DNA from: Ignavibacteriales bacterium | Lineage (GTDB): Bacteria > Bacteroidota > Ignavibacteria > UBA10030 > UBA8401 | DNA: 64,000 nucleotides | Assembly: GCA_016182545.1 (NCBI GenBank) | Contig: JACPGG010000032.1 | Coordinates: 8,816 to 72,815 of the forward strand | Reading direction: 5' to 3' | Part shown: in pieces, positions 48,035 to 57,281 of the stretch | Layout of the letters: every line of letters starts with the position of its first letter | Numbering within the stretch: the first letter of the stretch is position 1 | Made by a program: the position numbers and the translations under genes | The notes under the pieces: generated by a model | The model's input: only the letters and a program-made list of their open reading frames with translations | Told to the model about the DNA's origin: nothing | Databases searched by the model: none

Positions 48035-48619
48035 TTATCCCTGCAATCCCCTGCTTCCCGGTTTGGAGATCTCGATCGCCGCAAGCCATTCCGGAACAGC
48101 GTCGGCAGCGAATGTTTGCACATCCATTTCCATCACGGAATAGAATTTCGAATCGAACTTCGCCTTGCCGTTGCTCCTGTCCACAATACAGCCGACACCG
48201 ACAAGTTTCGCTTCCGCTGCCAGCACCAGTTTGCAGATCTCGTCGACGGAGCCGCCGGTGGTGACAACATCTTCAACAACCAGCACGCGTTCCCCTTTTT
48301 TGATCTCGAACCCGCGCCGCATCTTCATCGCACCGTTTTCTCGTTCGCCGAAGATCGTCCGCGCACCGAGCACCCTGCCGACTTCCGTACCGACAACGAT
48401 CCCGCCGATTGCCGGAGAGATGACCAGTTCCACTTCGCTGTATTCATAATGCTTCGCTATATCGCCCGCGAGCAGATGGAGATACTTCGGATACTGCAGC
48501 ACCTTTGCGCACTGGAAGTAGTGCGGGCTGTGCAATCCCGAGGTGAGGACGAAATGACCTTCCAGCAGTGCGTGAGTCTCCTTGAAGATCTCGAGTATCT
48601 GTTCTTTGGGTAGTTTCAT
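48035..48619 (-). CDS. pyrE: Orotate phosphoribosyltransferase
   Basis: PRPP-binding motif VLVVEDVVTTGGS; 194 aa. Confidence 0.9.
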   Translation of the reverse strand: MKLPKEQILEIFKETHALLEGHFVLTSGLHSPHYFQCAKVLQYPKYLHLLAGDIAKHYEYSEVELVISPAIGGIVVGTEVGRVLGARTIFGERENGAMKMRRGFEIKKGERVLVVEDVVTTGGSVDEICKLVLAAEAKLVGVGCIVDRSNGKAKFDSKFYSVMEMDVQTFAADAVPEWLAAIEISKPGSRGLQG

Positions 48620-48726
48620 TAAAGCATCCTTAAATTGTGAAAAACATTTGGCTCGTTTCAGGCTTCAAGTTTCATTTCCCTATTTTCCTGAGACCTGAAA
48701 CTTGAAACCTTATTATCCCGAAGAAC

Positions 48727-49053
48727 TCACCATTCATCCTCAAGTTCTTCCAGTTCCTCGCGCATCTCTTTCCCTTCCTTGTCTTCGCCGAGTTCCTGCG
48801 CAAGGTCGATCCCGGCACGATAGATCTTTTTCGCTTCCTGCGTGCGGTTCAGCCTGCCGTAGATCTGTCCGAGTTGATGATACGCCGCGAGATATTTCGG
48901 GTCGGTTGAAATCAATGTTTCAAGTTCTTCAATTGCAGTCTGCAGATCGCTCATGCCCATGTATTCGAGCGCGAGCGCGTACCGGGAAAAAGAATCGTTC
49001 GGATCCTTTTCCAGCAGTTCTTTCAATTTCTGGATGCGTTGTTCGCTTGCCAT
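48727..49053 (-). CDS. Small TPR-like repeat protein with acidic C-terminus
   Basis: Two to three TPR-like helices (ALALEYMGMSDLQTAIEELETLISTDPKYLAAYHQLGQIY…). Confidence 0.5.
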   Translation of the reverse strand: MASEQRIQKLKELLEKDPNDSFSRYALALEYMGMSDLQTAIEELETLISTDPKYLAAYHQLGQIYGRLNRTQEAKKIYRAGIDLAQELGEDKEGKEMREELEELEDEW

Positions 49054-49077
49054 ACGTACCTTTGTTGTTGCGGTAGG

Positions 49078-49140
49078 TCAGACATTCTTATCTGACATTG
49101 TTGCATCATTGACAGGCAGGAATGCCTGTCCTACCATGGT
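49078..49140. repeat. Two adjacent copies of the GGTAGG(A/T)CAGACATTC… hairpin repeat (one direct, one inverted)
   Basis: ggtaggtcagacattcttatctgac at 49078–49103, and gacaggcaggaatgcctgtcctacc (rc ≈ ggtaggacaggcattcctgcctgtc) at 49113–49140. Compare 41913–41938. Confidence 0.5.
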
Positions 49141-49145
49141 GGATA

Positions 49146-49424
49146 TTATTTTAATGAATTGATCTGTTCGGCGAGTGCGAAATCTTTTTGTGTCAGTCCG
49201 CCTTCGCTGTGGGTGGAGAGCACCAGGGTGACGGTGTTCCACCGGATATCGATATCGGGATGATGGTCCGCTTTTTCCGCCAGCAGCGCCACGGATTGCA
49301 CGAACCCCATTGCTTCGACGAAATCTTTTTTTACTACGTTGCGATAGATCTGCGCACCGTTCCGCTTCCATCCTTTTACGGATTTCATCTTTGCCGCTAT
49401 TTGTTTTTCATTCAGCAGTGCCAT
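49146..49424 (-). CDS. phhB: Pterin-4a-carbinolamine dehydratase
   Basis: 92 aa; EKADHHPDIDIRWNTVTLVLSTHSEGGLT is the PCD/DCoH signature ([EDKH]HHP). Confidence 0.8.
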   Translation of the reverse strand: MALLNEKQIAAKMKSVKGWKRNGAQIYRNVVKKDFVEAMGFVQSVALLAEKADHHPDIDIRWNTVTLVLSTHSEGGLTQKDFALAEQINSLK

Positions 49425-49440
49425 ACGCCCTCCAAATATA

Positions 49441-50472
49441 CTAATAACTCATCGAATCCAAACGAACTTTTCCGCGGAAAATCCAATAAATACTGATCGT
49501 ATACGCCAAAACAAAAGGTATTCCGATGATCGCAACGGTCAGCATGACAGCCAGCGTTTTTTGGGATGACGATGCGTTATAAATTGTCAAATGATAGTCA
49601 GGAGATATGGATGACATGACGACATTGGGAAACATACCGATGGCAAACAACGCCATCAATGCAGCGATGCTGGCACAGGAAGAAAGGAAAGCGAGGAACT
49701 CTCGCTTGTGATGGATCTCCCGCGGAATGTTGGCGATGGCAAGCATACCGGCAAGTGCGACAAAGAACATCTCCGGATGAAGTTTGAACGGCTGCGCCAT
49801 GTGCGGCATATAGAGAAGTGTTGCCATCGTCGTGGTGATGTAGCAGATGACGAAGAAGATGATCGAATTGTTGATCCATCCGCGTATCTTCTCCTGCATC
49901 GCCCCTTCGGTCTTCATCACCACATAGATCGCGCCGTGCATCATAAAAAGCGCAACAGTGGTGATACCGACAAGCACCGCGTACGGATTCAGCATATCGA
50001 GAAATGAAATTGTGAACTCTCCCGTCTTGTCGATCGGAAGTCCGACGATGATATTGCCCAGTGTAATTCCCATCAACAGCGCAATGAGGATGCTCGAAAG
50101 ACTGAATGCAATGTCCCACGTCTTTCTCCACAACAGCATCGTCTGTTTGCTGCGGAACTCTATCGCCACGGCACGGAAGATGAGCATCGCGAGTAAGAGC
50201 ATGAATGCGGAGTAGAATCCGGAAAAGACCGTTGCGTATACTTCGGGGAACGCCGCAAAAAGTGCGCCGCCGCCGGTCACCAGCCACACTTCGTTTCCAT
50301 CCCACACGGGACCGATGGCGTTTATCATGACGCGCCGTTCGTCATCCGTCTTCGTCAACAAATGAAGCGCGCCGACGCCGAGATCGAATCCGTCGAGAAT
50401 AGCGTAGCCCGTCAACAGCACGGCGATGAGGATGTACCATGTAAGATTAAGATCGAGTCCGGTGAATTCCAT
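49441..50472 (-). CDS. cydB: Cytochrome bd ubiquinol oxidase subunit II
   Basis: Multi-TM; N-terminal WYILIAVLLTGYAILDGFDLGVG typical of CydB. Start chosen at MEFTGL. Confidence 0.85.
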   Translation of the reverse strand: MEFTGLDLNLTWYILIAVLLTGYAILDGFDLGVGALHLLTKTDDERRVMINAIGPVWDGNEVWLVTGGGALFAAFPEVYATVFSGFYSAFMLLLAMLIFRAVAIEFRSKQTMLLWRKTWDIAFSLSSILIALLMGITLGNIIVGLPIDKTGEFTISFLDMLNPYAVLVGITTVALFMMHGAIYVVMKTEGAMQEKIRGWINNSIIFFVICYITTTMATLLYMPHMAQPFKLHPEMFFVALAGMLAIANIPREIHHKREFLAFLSSCASIAALMALFAIGMFPNVVMSSISPDYHLTIYNASSSQKTLAVMLTVAIIGIPFVLAYTISIYWIFRGKVRLDSMSY

Positions 50473-50484
50473 ATTCCTTGGTAT

Positions 50485-50581
50485 GGGAGATTGCTTCGGC
50501 AAATAACGCCTCGCAATGACATTATACTTTAATATCCATTGTCATTGCGAGCGAGTGTTTCTTACGAGCGTGGCAATCTCC
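50485..50581. repeat. GGAGATTGCTTCGG…CCTCGCAATGAC / GTCATTGCGAGCGAG…GGCAATCTCC palindromic repeat inserted between cydA and cydB
   Basis: Two complementary halves of the same consensus as the 46.1 kb copy. It occupies the 126-bp cydA–cydB spacer. Confidence 0.6.
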
Positions 50582-50598
50582 GTTTTCGATAATAATTA

Positions 50599-51969
50599 TT
50601 ACTTTGCAAACAATTGCTTCTGATGTTCGTACTCGGACGGAATTTCCGTCGTGTCGTCCGGTCCGTGCTTGATCTTCTGATCCAATAAAAAGATAAAGAG
50701 CGCAAAGAGCAATGCGTAGATGAAACCAAACAAGATCAGTGAAAATAGAATCTGATCCTCTTTCACATTCTTTGAGAGCCCTTCGGATGTCCTGAGCAAT
50801 CCATAGACTATCCACGGTTGGCGTCCGATCTCCGCTGCGAACCACCCGACCTGATTGCCGATCTGCGGCAGCAGCACCGATACGACAGAAATTTTCAGTA
50901 TCAACGGATAGTCGAATAATTTCTTCTTCCACCAGAGGAATATCAACACAACACTCAGCGCTATCAATGTCATACCCACGGCAATCATCAAATGATAGAA
51001 TTGGAATACGACGTTGACCGGAGGACGATCCTCTTTTTTGAATGCATGAAGCCCTGTCACGGGAGTCGTAAAATCGCCGTGGATGAGGAAGGTGAGCATT
51101 TTCGGCACTTCGATACCGAACTGCACCCGCTCCTCTTTTTCATTCACCCAACCGAACAGGTAGAACGGCGCAACAGCGGACGAGTCATAATGCGCTTCGA
51201 ACGCCGCCATCTTTGCCGGCTGGTTCCTGCTCACGCCAACCGCACTACGATGACCGGTGAATAATTGAAAGAAGGAAGCGAATGCAAGCAGCACGATCGC
51301 AATTTTCATCGACGATTTTGCAATGTCCAAATGGCGTTGCTTTAAAATATAATACGCACTCACGCTCAACACCAATGTAGCCCCCGCAAGCCACGCACCT
51401 CCCATTACGTGTGCCAGCCGTTCAATGGATGACGGGTTGAAGACCATCGCCCAAAAATCGGTGATCTCAGCGCGCGCTTCCAACCCTTCTCCGACAATGT
51501 GGTATCCTGCCGGTGTCTGCATCCATGCATTGGCAACAACGATCCACACCGCACTCAACATTGAACCCAGCGATACCATGCATGTGGAAAAGAAATGCAT
51601 CTTCGGTCCTACCTTGTTCCAGCCGAACACGAGCACGGCGAGGAATCCCGATTCAAGGAAGAATGCGAAGATACCCTCCGCTGCGAGTGCACTGCCGAAC
51701 ACATCGCCGACATACCGTGAATATGTCGCCCAATTCGTACCGAACTCGAATTCCATCACAATGCCGGTTGCGACACCCATGGCAAATGTCAACGCAAAGA
51801 CCTTCACCCAGAACTTGGTCATCCGCTCGTACATTCTGTTTTTCGTCTTCAGGTACATTCCTTCCATGATCACCAGCAGCACGCCGAGACCGATACTGAG
51901 CGGCGGGTAGATGTAATGGAATGCAATGGTGAAAGCAAATTGTAATCGTGCGAGGATTTCTACGGACAT
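50599..51969 (-). CDS. cydA: Cytochrome bd ubiquinol oxidase subunit I
   Basis: [24 protein letters not shown]… N-terminus, Q-loop, 456 aa. Confidence 0.9.
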   Translation of the reverse strand: MSVEILARLQFAFTIAFHYIYPPLSIGLGVLLVIMEGMYLKTKNRMYERMTKFWVKVFALTFAMGVATGIVMEFEFGTNWATYSRYVGDVFGSALAAEGIFAFFLESGFLAVLVFGWNKVGPKMHFFSTCMVSLGSMLSAVWIVVANAWMQTPAGYHIVGEGLEARAEITDFWAMVFNPSSIERLAHVMGGAWLAGATLVLSVSAYYILKQRHLDIAKSSMKIAIVLLAFASFFQLFTGHRSAVGVSRNQPAKMAAFEAHYDSSAVAPFYLFGWVNEKEERVQFGIEVPKMLTFLIHGDFTTPVTGLHAFKKEDRPPVNVVFQFYHLMIAVGMTLIALSVVLIFLWWKKKLFDYPLILKISVVSVLLPQIGNQVGWFAAEIGRQPWIVYGLLRTSEGLSKNVKEDQILFSLILFGFIYALLFALFIFLLDQKIKHGPDDTTEIPSEYEHQKQLFAK

Positions 51970-52144
51970 TTTTTTCTGCGCTGAGTATTAGTGTTTCAAG
52001 TTTCACGATTCACATTCCATGTTCAGTCTGAACTCCGACACCGACAATCAGAAGTACGGAACATGGGGCGATTGTGAATTTGCGAATGTCTTAAATATAA
52101 CGAAGAATTGATCCGGATTCCAGAAGAAGAACGGCGTTGGAAAA

Positions 52145-52993
52145 TCAACGGACGACTGTGCAATAGTACAATGCGGTCGTTGTCAGCAGGGTGAAATGAT
52201 CCCCTTGCAGAACGGCATCAACGAATGATTCTCCGGATGAGACGCCGATGATCGACGAACGGGTGATGGTGGTTTGTACATCAGAATCGAAATACTGTAT
52301 AATGATCCGATCGGATGCAGTGACAGTGAGTGCGGTGCTTGAAACCTGAATATTCTTCCACTCTGCAGCCGGGAGTGTGATTGTCCTGAGATAATTGCCG
52401 AAGAGGTCGTACGTGATGATCTTTGACCGATCGAGAACATAGATCTCATCTGCAGATGAGATGGCAATATCGGTCGGCTCGGTCAGGGCACCGGCACCGT
52501 CGTTGAATGTTCCGAATTCCCCCACAAGCCTGCTGCGCTTGTCCAGTTTCACTATCCGCTTCCCGTCAAGTTCCACCACAAAGAGATCACCCCGGGATGA
52601 AAAAGCAGAGGCACGCGGCTGAAATCTGCCGATCTCCGGGGGCAATGTATGTTCGTCGTACGTTTGCACATAGTTCAAATTTTTATCGTACCGCTGGATC
52701 CGCCTGTTGTTGAAATCGGTAACGTACACATCCAGCAGGAATGAGGAAGAAACGTCGGTCGGATTATCGAATTCATAATTGCCCAAACCTTGACCGCCGA
52801 TGGACCTGGTTGCACTATGACCAGAATGGTACAATTCCAAAATATTTTTTGATTGTACGATAACAAATAATTGGCCAGATGCCGCCACAGAAAAAGCAGT
52901 TGGCTGGTTCGTCACTTCTTTTTTCCAGCAATCCACAAAATCAGCTCCGTTGATTTGCAGAAAAAAGAAAATTAGGAAAGATAGTGTTGTCAT
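52145..52993 (-). CDS. Hypothetical secreted beta-propeller-like (NHL-type repeat) protein
   Basis: Signal peptide and repetitive …DV(Y)V(T/L)D… strands. Weak assignment. Confidence 0.35.
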   Translation of the reverse strand: MTTLSFLIFFFLQINGADFVDCWKKEVTNQPTAFSVAASGQLFVIVQSKNILELYHSGHSATRSIGGQGLGNYEFDNPTDVSSSFLLDVYVTDFNNRRIQRYDKNLNYVQTYDEHTLPPEIGRFQPRASAFSSRGDLFVVELDGKRIVKLDKRSRLVGEFGTFNDGAGALTEPTDIAISSADEIYVLDRSKIITYDLFGNYLRTITLPAAEWKNIQVSSTALTVTASDRIIIQYFDSDVQTTITRSSIIGVSSGESFVDAVLQGDHFTLLTTTALYYCTVVR

Positions 52994-53073
52994 CGCATTA
53001 TTAAAATAAAAAAGCAGACAATGAAGATACTAACCTTCATAGCCTGCTTAATGAATTTTTACAGCAGACGCCG

Positions 53074-54120
53074 TTAAAATTTCAAACGTACTCCAACCCG
53101 GTTTGCTGAGCCCAAAATGCCAAGATCCGCGTATGCATAGTCAAATGATCCTTTGAATGATTCGGTATCGAAGTTGATACCACCACCCAATGTCAGCCCT
53201 AATTCATTGTAACGCATTTGATAGCCGCCGCGCAGTGCGAGTAAGTTGTTCCAAACGTATTCGGTACCAAGATTAAATTTCTCAGGATTATCATTCAGAT
53301 GGATAAAGTCTCCAGCCAAGATCAGACTTTGTTCTTCGGAACCTGCAAAAAGATTATACGAGATACCTGCTCTAAATGACAAAGGCAGCGAGTATGGAGT
53401 ATTATTCAGTTGTGCATCGAGAGGTCGTGCGTTAATACCTGCTTCCCGCTCGCTCTCATTGTATACAAGAACAGAAAGCGATTGACCTTCGAAATTAGAT
53501 TCTCCACCTAGATTGGACATCGAAAAACCGATTTTTAATCCTTTAATGCCACCTTCGTATACAGTGCCCGCATCAAAAGCAAATGTCCGGGCGGTTAGAT
53601 CAAAAATGGTGTTCTCAATATATTTCAGCGTGAATCCGAAAGAGAATTGATCCGTAATATTACCGGCTAAAGTAAAACCTAGCGCAAGGTCTGATACATT
53701 ATATGTGGAACCTGTTCCCTCCGGCTGCTCAATCGTCGTGATCTCAATACTTCCGGCATCAAGCAGGATCAAACTCAATCCGAATGTATAGTCAGAGGAA
53801 ATAGGAAAGGACAAAGCGGCGTAACTGTGCTGAAGGTCGGCAAACCAACTGTTGTACTCGACACCAAGGTTTGTACCTTCCAATTTTGCAATACCAGCAG
53901 GATTGTAATATAGGCAAGTAATATCATCGCCAATACCTCCGAAAGCACCTCCCATAGCCATTGCCCTTGCTCCTACACCAATTTTTAAAAATTGCGATCC
54001 GGTGCTTCCAGCTTTCTGAAATCCCCTATCTGTCGTTCCAGTTTGCGAATACCCCACTGTTACGCCGATCAGAATAAAAACCATTACTAGTGTACTGTTC
54101 TTAAAGATATAATTTTTCAT
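53074..54120 (-). CDS. porV: T9SS outer-membrane protein PorV (LptO) family
   Basis: LKIGVGARAMAMGGAFGGIGDDITCLYYNPAGIA is the conserved PorV N-terminal motif. 348 aa beta-barrel ending …RLKF. Confidence 0.7.
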   Translation of the reverse strand: MKNYIFKNSTLVMVFILIGVTVGYSQTGTTDRGFQKAGSTGSQFLKIGVGARAMAMGGAFGGIGDDITCLYYNPAGIAKLEGTNLGVEYNSWFADLQHSYAALSFPISSDYTFGLSLILLDAGSIEITTIEQPEGTGSTYNVSDLALGFTLAGNITDQFSFGFTLKYIENTIFDLTARTFAFDAGTVYEGGIKGLKIGFSMSNLGGESNFEGQSLSVLVYNESEREAGINARPLDAQLNNTPYSLPLSFRAGISYNLFAGSEEQSLILAGDFIHLNDNPEKFNLGTEYVWNNLLALRGGYQMRYNELGLTLGGGINFDTESFKGSFDYAYADLGILGSANRVGVRLKF

Positions 54121-54146
54121 TTCATGCCTCCATAGTTTATGCTAAC

Positions 54147-57100
54147 TTAATCAGCAATTGTTCTGAAACCACCGACTATCACAGCGAATTTCTTTAACGT
54201 TGAGGTACCATCAGGAGCCTCAATATGTGCAATGAGCAATTGGCTTGCTACTTTTTGTCTGCCATCGCTCAATAAGTCCCACACTTCCTGTGAGGTACCG
54301 TTATTATGATCGATTGTTCGGATCAAATCACCTGCGACATTAAAGATTCTGATTTTGCAACTCGGAGGCAGATGGTTAAAATAAAGTTTTGGAACATCGG
54401 TAGTAACCTGACTAATATGGCTAATAATGTAAGGATTGGGGACAATCTTTACTTGATCAAGAATCTCCTTTGTGTATTTTGTTATTTGTCCGCTGGTAAA
54501 TGTTGATTGCAATTTTGCACCCGGTGATGGCAGAGCCGAAGCATTATTCGTCCCGGCAATGCCTCCTACAAATCTTGCAGTTACTTGGTCTCCAACCTCA
54601 AAATCTACTACGGTAGGTCGGATAGGAACCCGCTGCCAACTGTATGATGTTGTTATGAAACTTTTTACAAAACCCGAAGTGCTGTACGGATCAAACGCAA
54701 TTGTTTGCCCGTTGATATTTAATTTGTGAGCAAAGAATGATGTATCAATATTGTTTGGATACACTTTTGTCAAATAATATCTATTTGACCATTTTCGTTC
54801 AACGACCGAGCTTCGCACACCATTTGTTGATTTATACACCAACGTATTCACAAAAAACTTGCCATAGGGTGCCTCACCAGATCCAGAATCTGGCGTCCAT
54901 ATTTCTCCCGTTGTCGTGTTAGTAATTCTCATATTCAAATAAGGCACATCTTGCGAATCGGTTGCTGCTGTTCCGGTTTTAATTCTCTCCACACCGCCTG
55001 GAGTAAAATTAATTGCGAATGTCGCTTCACCAAGATTGATCGAACTGTTGATCGCCAGCGGAGCAACGGAATCAATATTGGTTTTTGTTGATCCAAGACG
55101 CATTAAAGCAACGTTGGCATCGCCGATAGTAATCGTTGCTGTGTCATATCGGAATGGATACTTTCGTTGCACAAATGAATAGTCAAACACAAGTTTGAAA
55201 CTATAAAAATATTCCGGACTGCGCGTTACACCGACAATTGAAGAATCATTGAAAAAGAACCCTTCCTTGGGATTCACTTCCAATCCAGGTGCAAATGTAT
55301 ATGTCGTAGAATACCTGCCTACAGTATCTTTGATAGTGAAATTAATCGTATAGGTATTATTGGGTGCAGTTCCTGTATTCACCGGATTTGCGGTAATAAC
55401 CAAGGGGTGTCCCGCCAGTAACTGGTTCATTCTTTGCTGATCGGTCACTTGAATGCGAACATTTTTAATAGAACCAAGATTATCGGAGGTAGTAAACGGA
55501 TTTGCGCTAACAGGTGGTCCACCTATAGCTCCGAGTGGTTGAACCTTCACAGTGTTTACATTGGGCACCGACGGAGTTTCAAGAGCGGGGATATTCTGAA
55601 CAACATCACCTTCATCATATGTTGAAACATAGTAATAGTAATCGACATTATTAATGAGCCCGGTCGATGTGTCCGCACCAACATCAATATACTGTCGTGC
55701 AAATGTAGCAGAGTTTTTAGGTATATCAATCAACAATTTCCATGGACCGCCCTGCGTGCGGCTTCGGTACACACGATATCCAAGAAAATCAGCACCCCCT
55801 GAAAGAGTATCAACGGATGCTTCAGCAGTAGAATCCCACGTGACAACAACACCACGATTAATTCCATAGGCTTTTGCATTTGCTGCATCCGGTGGTTTTG
55901 GGGCATTAAAATTGTTGTCATACACTCCCTGTGCAAAAATATCCAGTGAGATAAGAGAATCCAAATAGCCGTTTGTTTGAACATCTCCTGTGATCGGATT
56001 TCCTCTCCCAGGAGCAATCAATGCACATACAACAACTCTTGCTGTATCAAAGGGCGCCATGGTGAATGGCCCGGTTGCCATCAGTAAACGCTTATCACCT
56101 GGTCCATTATCACCATCACGTACTCCTGCCGCCATAAAATCATACCGAGCTGGACCATTCGGGGGATCATTTTCGATAACCCAATTACGGAAAGTCGTGA
56201 GGCCAATTTGTTCTCCAACTCTCCGCGTAACGCCTGTCTTCTGAAAGATTAATAATGAATCAGCGGCTGTCTTAACAATCGGACTCTCCAAAAAGTCGAA
56301 ACCGAGAACACCTGAATAGCCGGTTTCATTTTCTGTAAATTGAAATGCTAAGTTCAGACTGTCCGCTCTGCTGTAAAATGCATTGTGGTCATTTGTGGCG
56401 TTTCCGATATCGGAATCCCCCGCCGGTGCGAGGTAGCACTCCCGTAATGTATCACCACTTTTATTTATGACATTGTAAACGAAGAAAACAAAATCTTTAT
56501 ACGGACCAAATCCCCATGAATACACAGTTTGTTGAAATTCCAATCCAATTGGGTATCCCAAACCCGGTTTGTACTCTGGATTACGTTTGACATCGGTATC
56601 CTTATAGATACAAAACATATCCTCTTGCGAGATGAATACTGGTTGATAGGAATTCCTTTCAGCCGGATCGGAGATGTATTCACCAAAGTAACCATTTTTA
56701 CCTGGCTGCCGTGTTAAATCTTTCCATCGCACGGGCCAATCTGCAAGGGACGGATCTTTTACATTCTTTCCCTTCGATGAAAAATCAATTCCCATATACA
56801 TGTAATATTTGGCAGCCCGCGGATCCGATTCTTCAAGTGTCGCCAAACCATCATCGACTGAACCAGGCGCAAACCACCCGGCGCCGCTATTGGGATTATA
56901 TCCGACTGAAACTAGCTTTAATGTGTCTGAACCAACTTTCTTTTTCGTTCCAAACCAAATTGACTGTCCATAAATATACGCACGTGCCGATTGTCTGGGC
57001 CAATACCATCCGGCACCTCCAGATTCTACATTATGACCATACATACCGTAATTTGTAAGGTAAAACTCATTGTTGCTTGCCTGACTTAATCGCTGTTGAA

Positions 57101-57224
57101 ATACCGCAGCTGTTTTTTTGAATACAGGGCTTTTCTTTTCTTTTGTGCCGGCTAACGACATAGATACCGACAACGAGGTAAGCATCAACAAGAGCACAAA
57201 AAATCTGTTTCGTGGGGTATTCAT
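54147..57224 (-). CDS. Large secreted protein with T9SS C-terminal sorting domain (function unknown)
   Basis: 1025 aa, signal peptide. The terminal ~90 aa, …KIVPNPY…KIRIFNVAGDLIRTID…, are CTD-like. Confidence 0.55.
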   Translation of the reverse strand: MNTPRNRFFVLLLMLTSLSVSMSLAGTKEKKSPVFKKTAAVFQQRLSQASNNEFYLTNYGMYGHNVESGGAGWYWPRQSARAYIYGQSIWFGTKKKVGSDTLKLVSVGYNPNSGAGWFAPGSVDDGLATLEESDPRAAKYYMYMGIDFSSKGKNVKDPSLADWPVRWKDLTRQPGKNGYFGEYISDPAERNSYQPVFISQEDMFCIYKDTDVKRNPEYKPGLGYPIGLEFQQTVYSWGFGPYKDFVFFVYNVINKSGDTLRECYLAPAGDSDIGNATNDHNAFYSRADSLNLAFQFTENETGYSGVLGFDFLESPIVKTAADSLLIFQKTGVTRRVGEQIGLTTFRNWVIENDPPNGPARYDFMAAGVRDGDNGPGDKRLLMATGPFTMAPFDTARVVVCALIAPGRGNPITGDVQTNGYLDSLISLDIFAQGVYDNNFNAPKPPDAANAKAYGINRGVVVTWDSTAEASVDTLSGGADFLGYRVYRSRTQGGPWKLLIDIPKNSATFARQYIDVGADTSTGLINNVDYYYYVSTYDEGDVVQNIPALETPSVPNVNTVKVQPLGAIGGPPVSANPFTTSDNLGSIKNVRIQVTDQQRMNQLLAGHPLVITANPVNTGTAPNNTYTINFTIKDTVGRYSTTYTFAPGLEVNPKEGFFFNDSSIVGVTRSPEYFYSFKLVFDYSFVQRKYPFRYDTATITIGDANVALMRLGSTKTNIDSVAPLAINSSINLGEATFAINFTPGGVERIKTGTAATDSQDVPYLNMRITNTTTGEIWTPDSGSGEAPYGKFFVNTLVYKSTNGVRSSVVERKWSNRYYLTKVYPNNIDTSFFAHKLNINGQTIAFDPYSTSGFVKSFITTSYSWQRVPIRPTVVDFEVGDQVTARFVGGIAGTNNASALPSPGAKLQSTFTSGQITKYTKEILDQVKIVPNPYIISHISQVTTDVPKLYFNHLPPSCKIRIFNVAGDLIRTIDHNNGTSQEVWDLLSDGRQKVASQLLIAHIEAPDGTSTLKKFAVIVGGFRTIAD

Positions 57225-57281
57225 TTAAACTTCTCCTATTTTAAAACTATTGTGGTAACTTCAAATTTTTGTCCGTTTCAA

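Noticed and set aside
48020-48613. 197-aa plus-strand ORF antisense to pyrE
   Set aside because: pyrE on the minus strand is complete with its PRPP motif. The plus ORF is a shadow.
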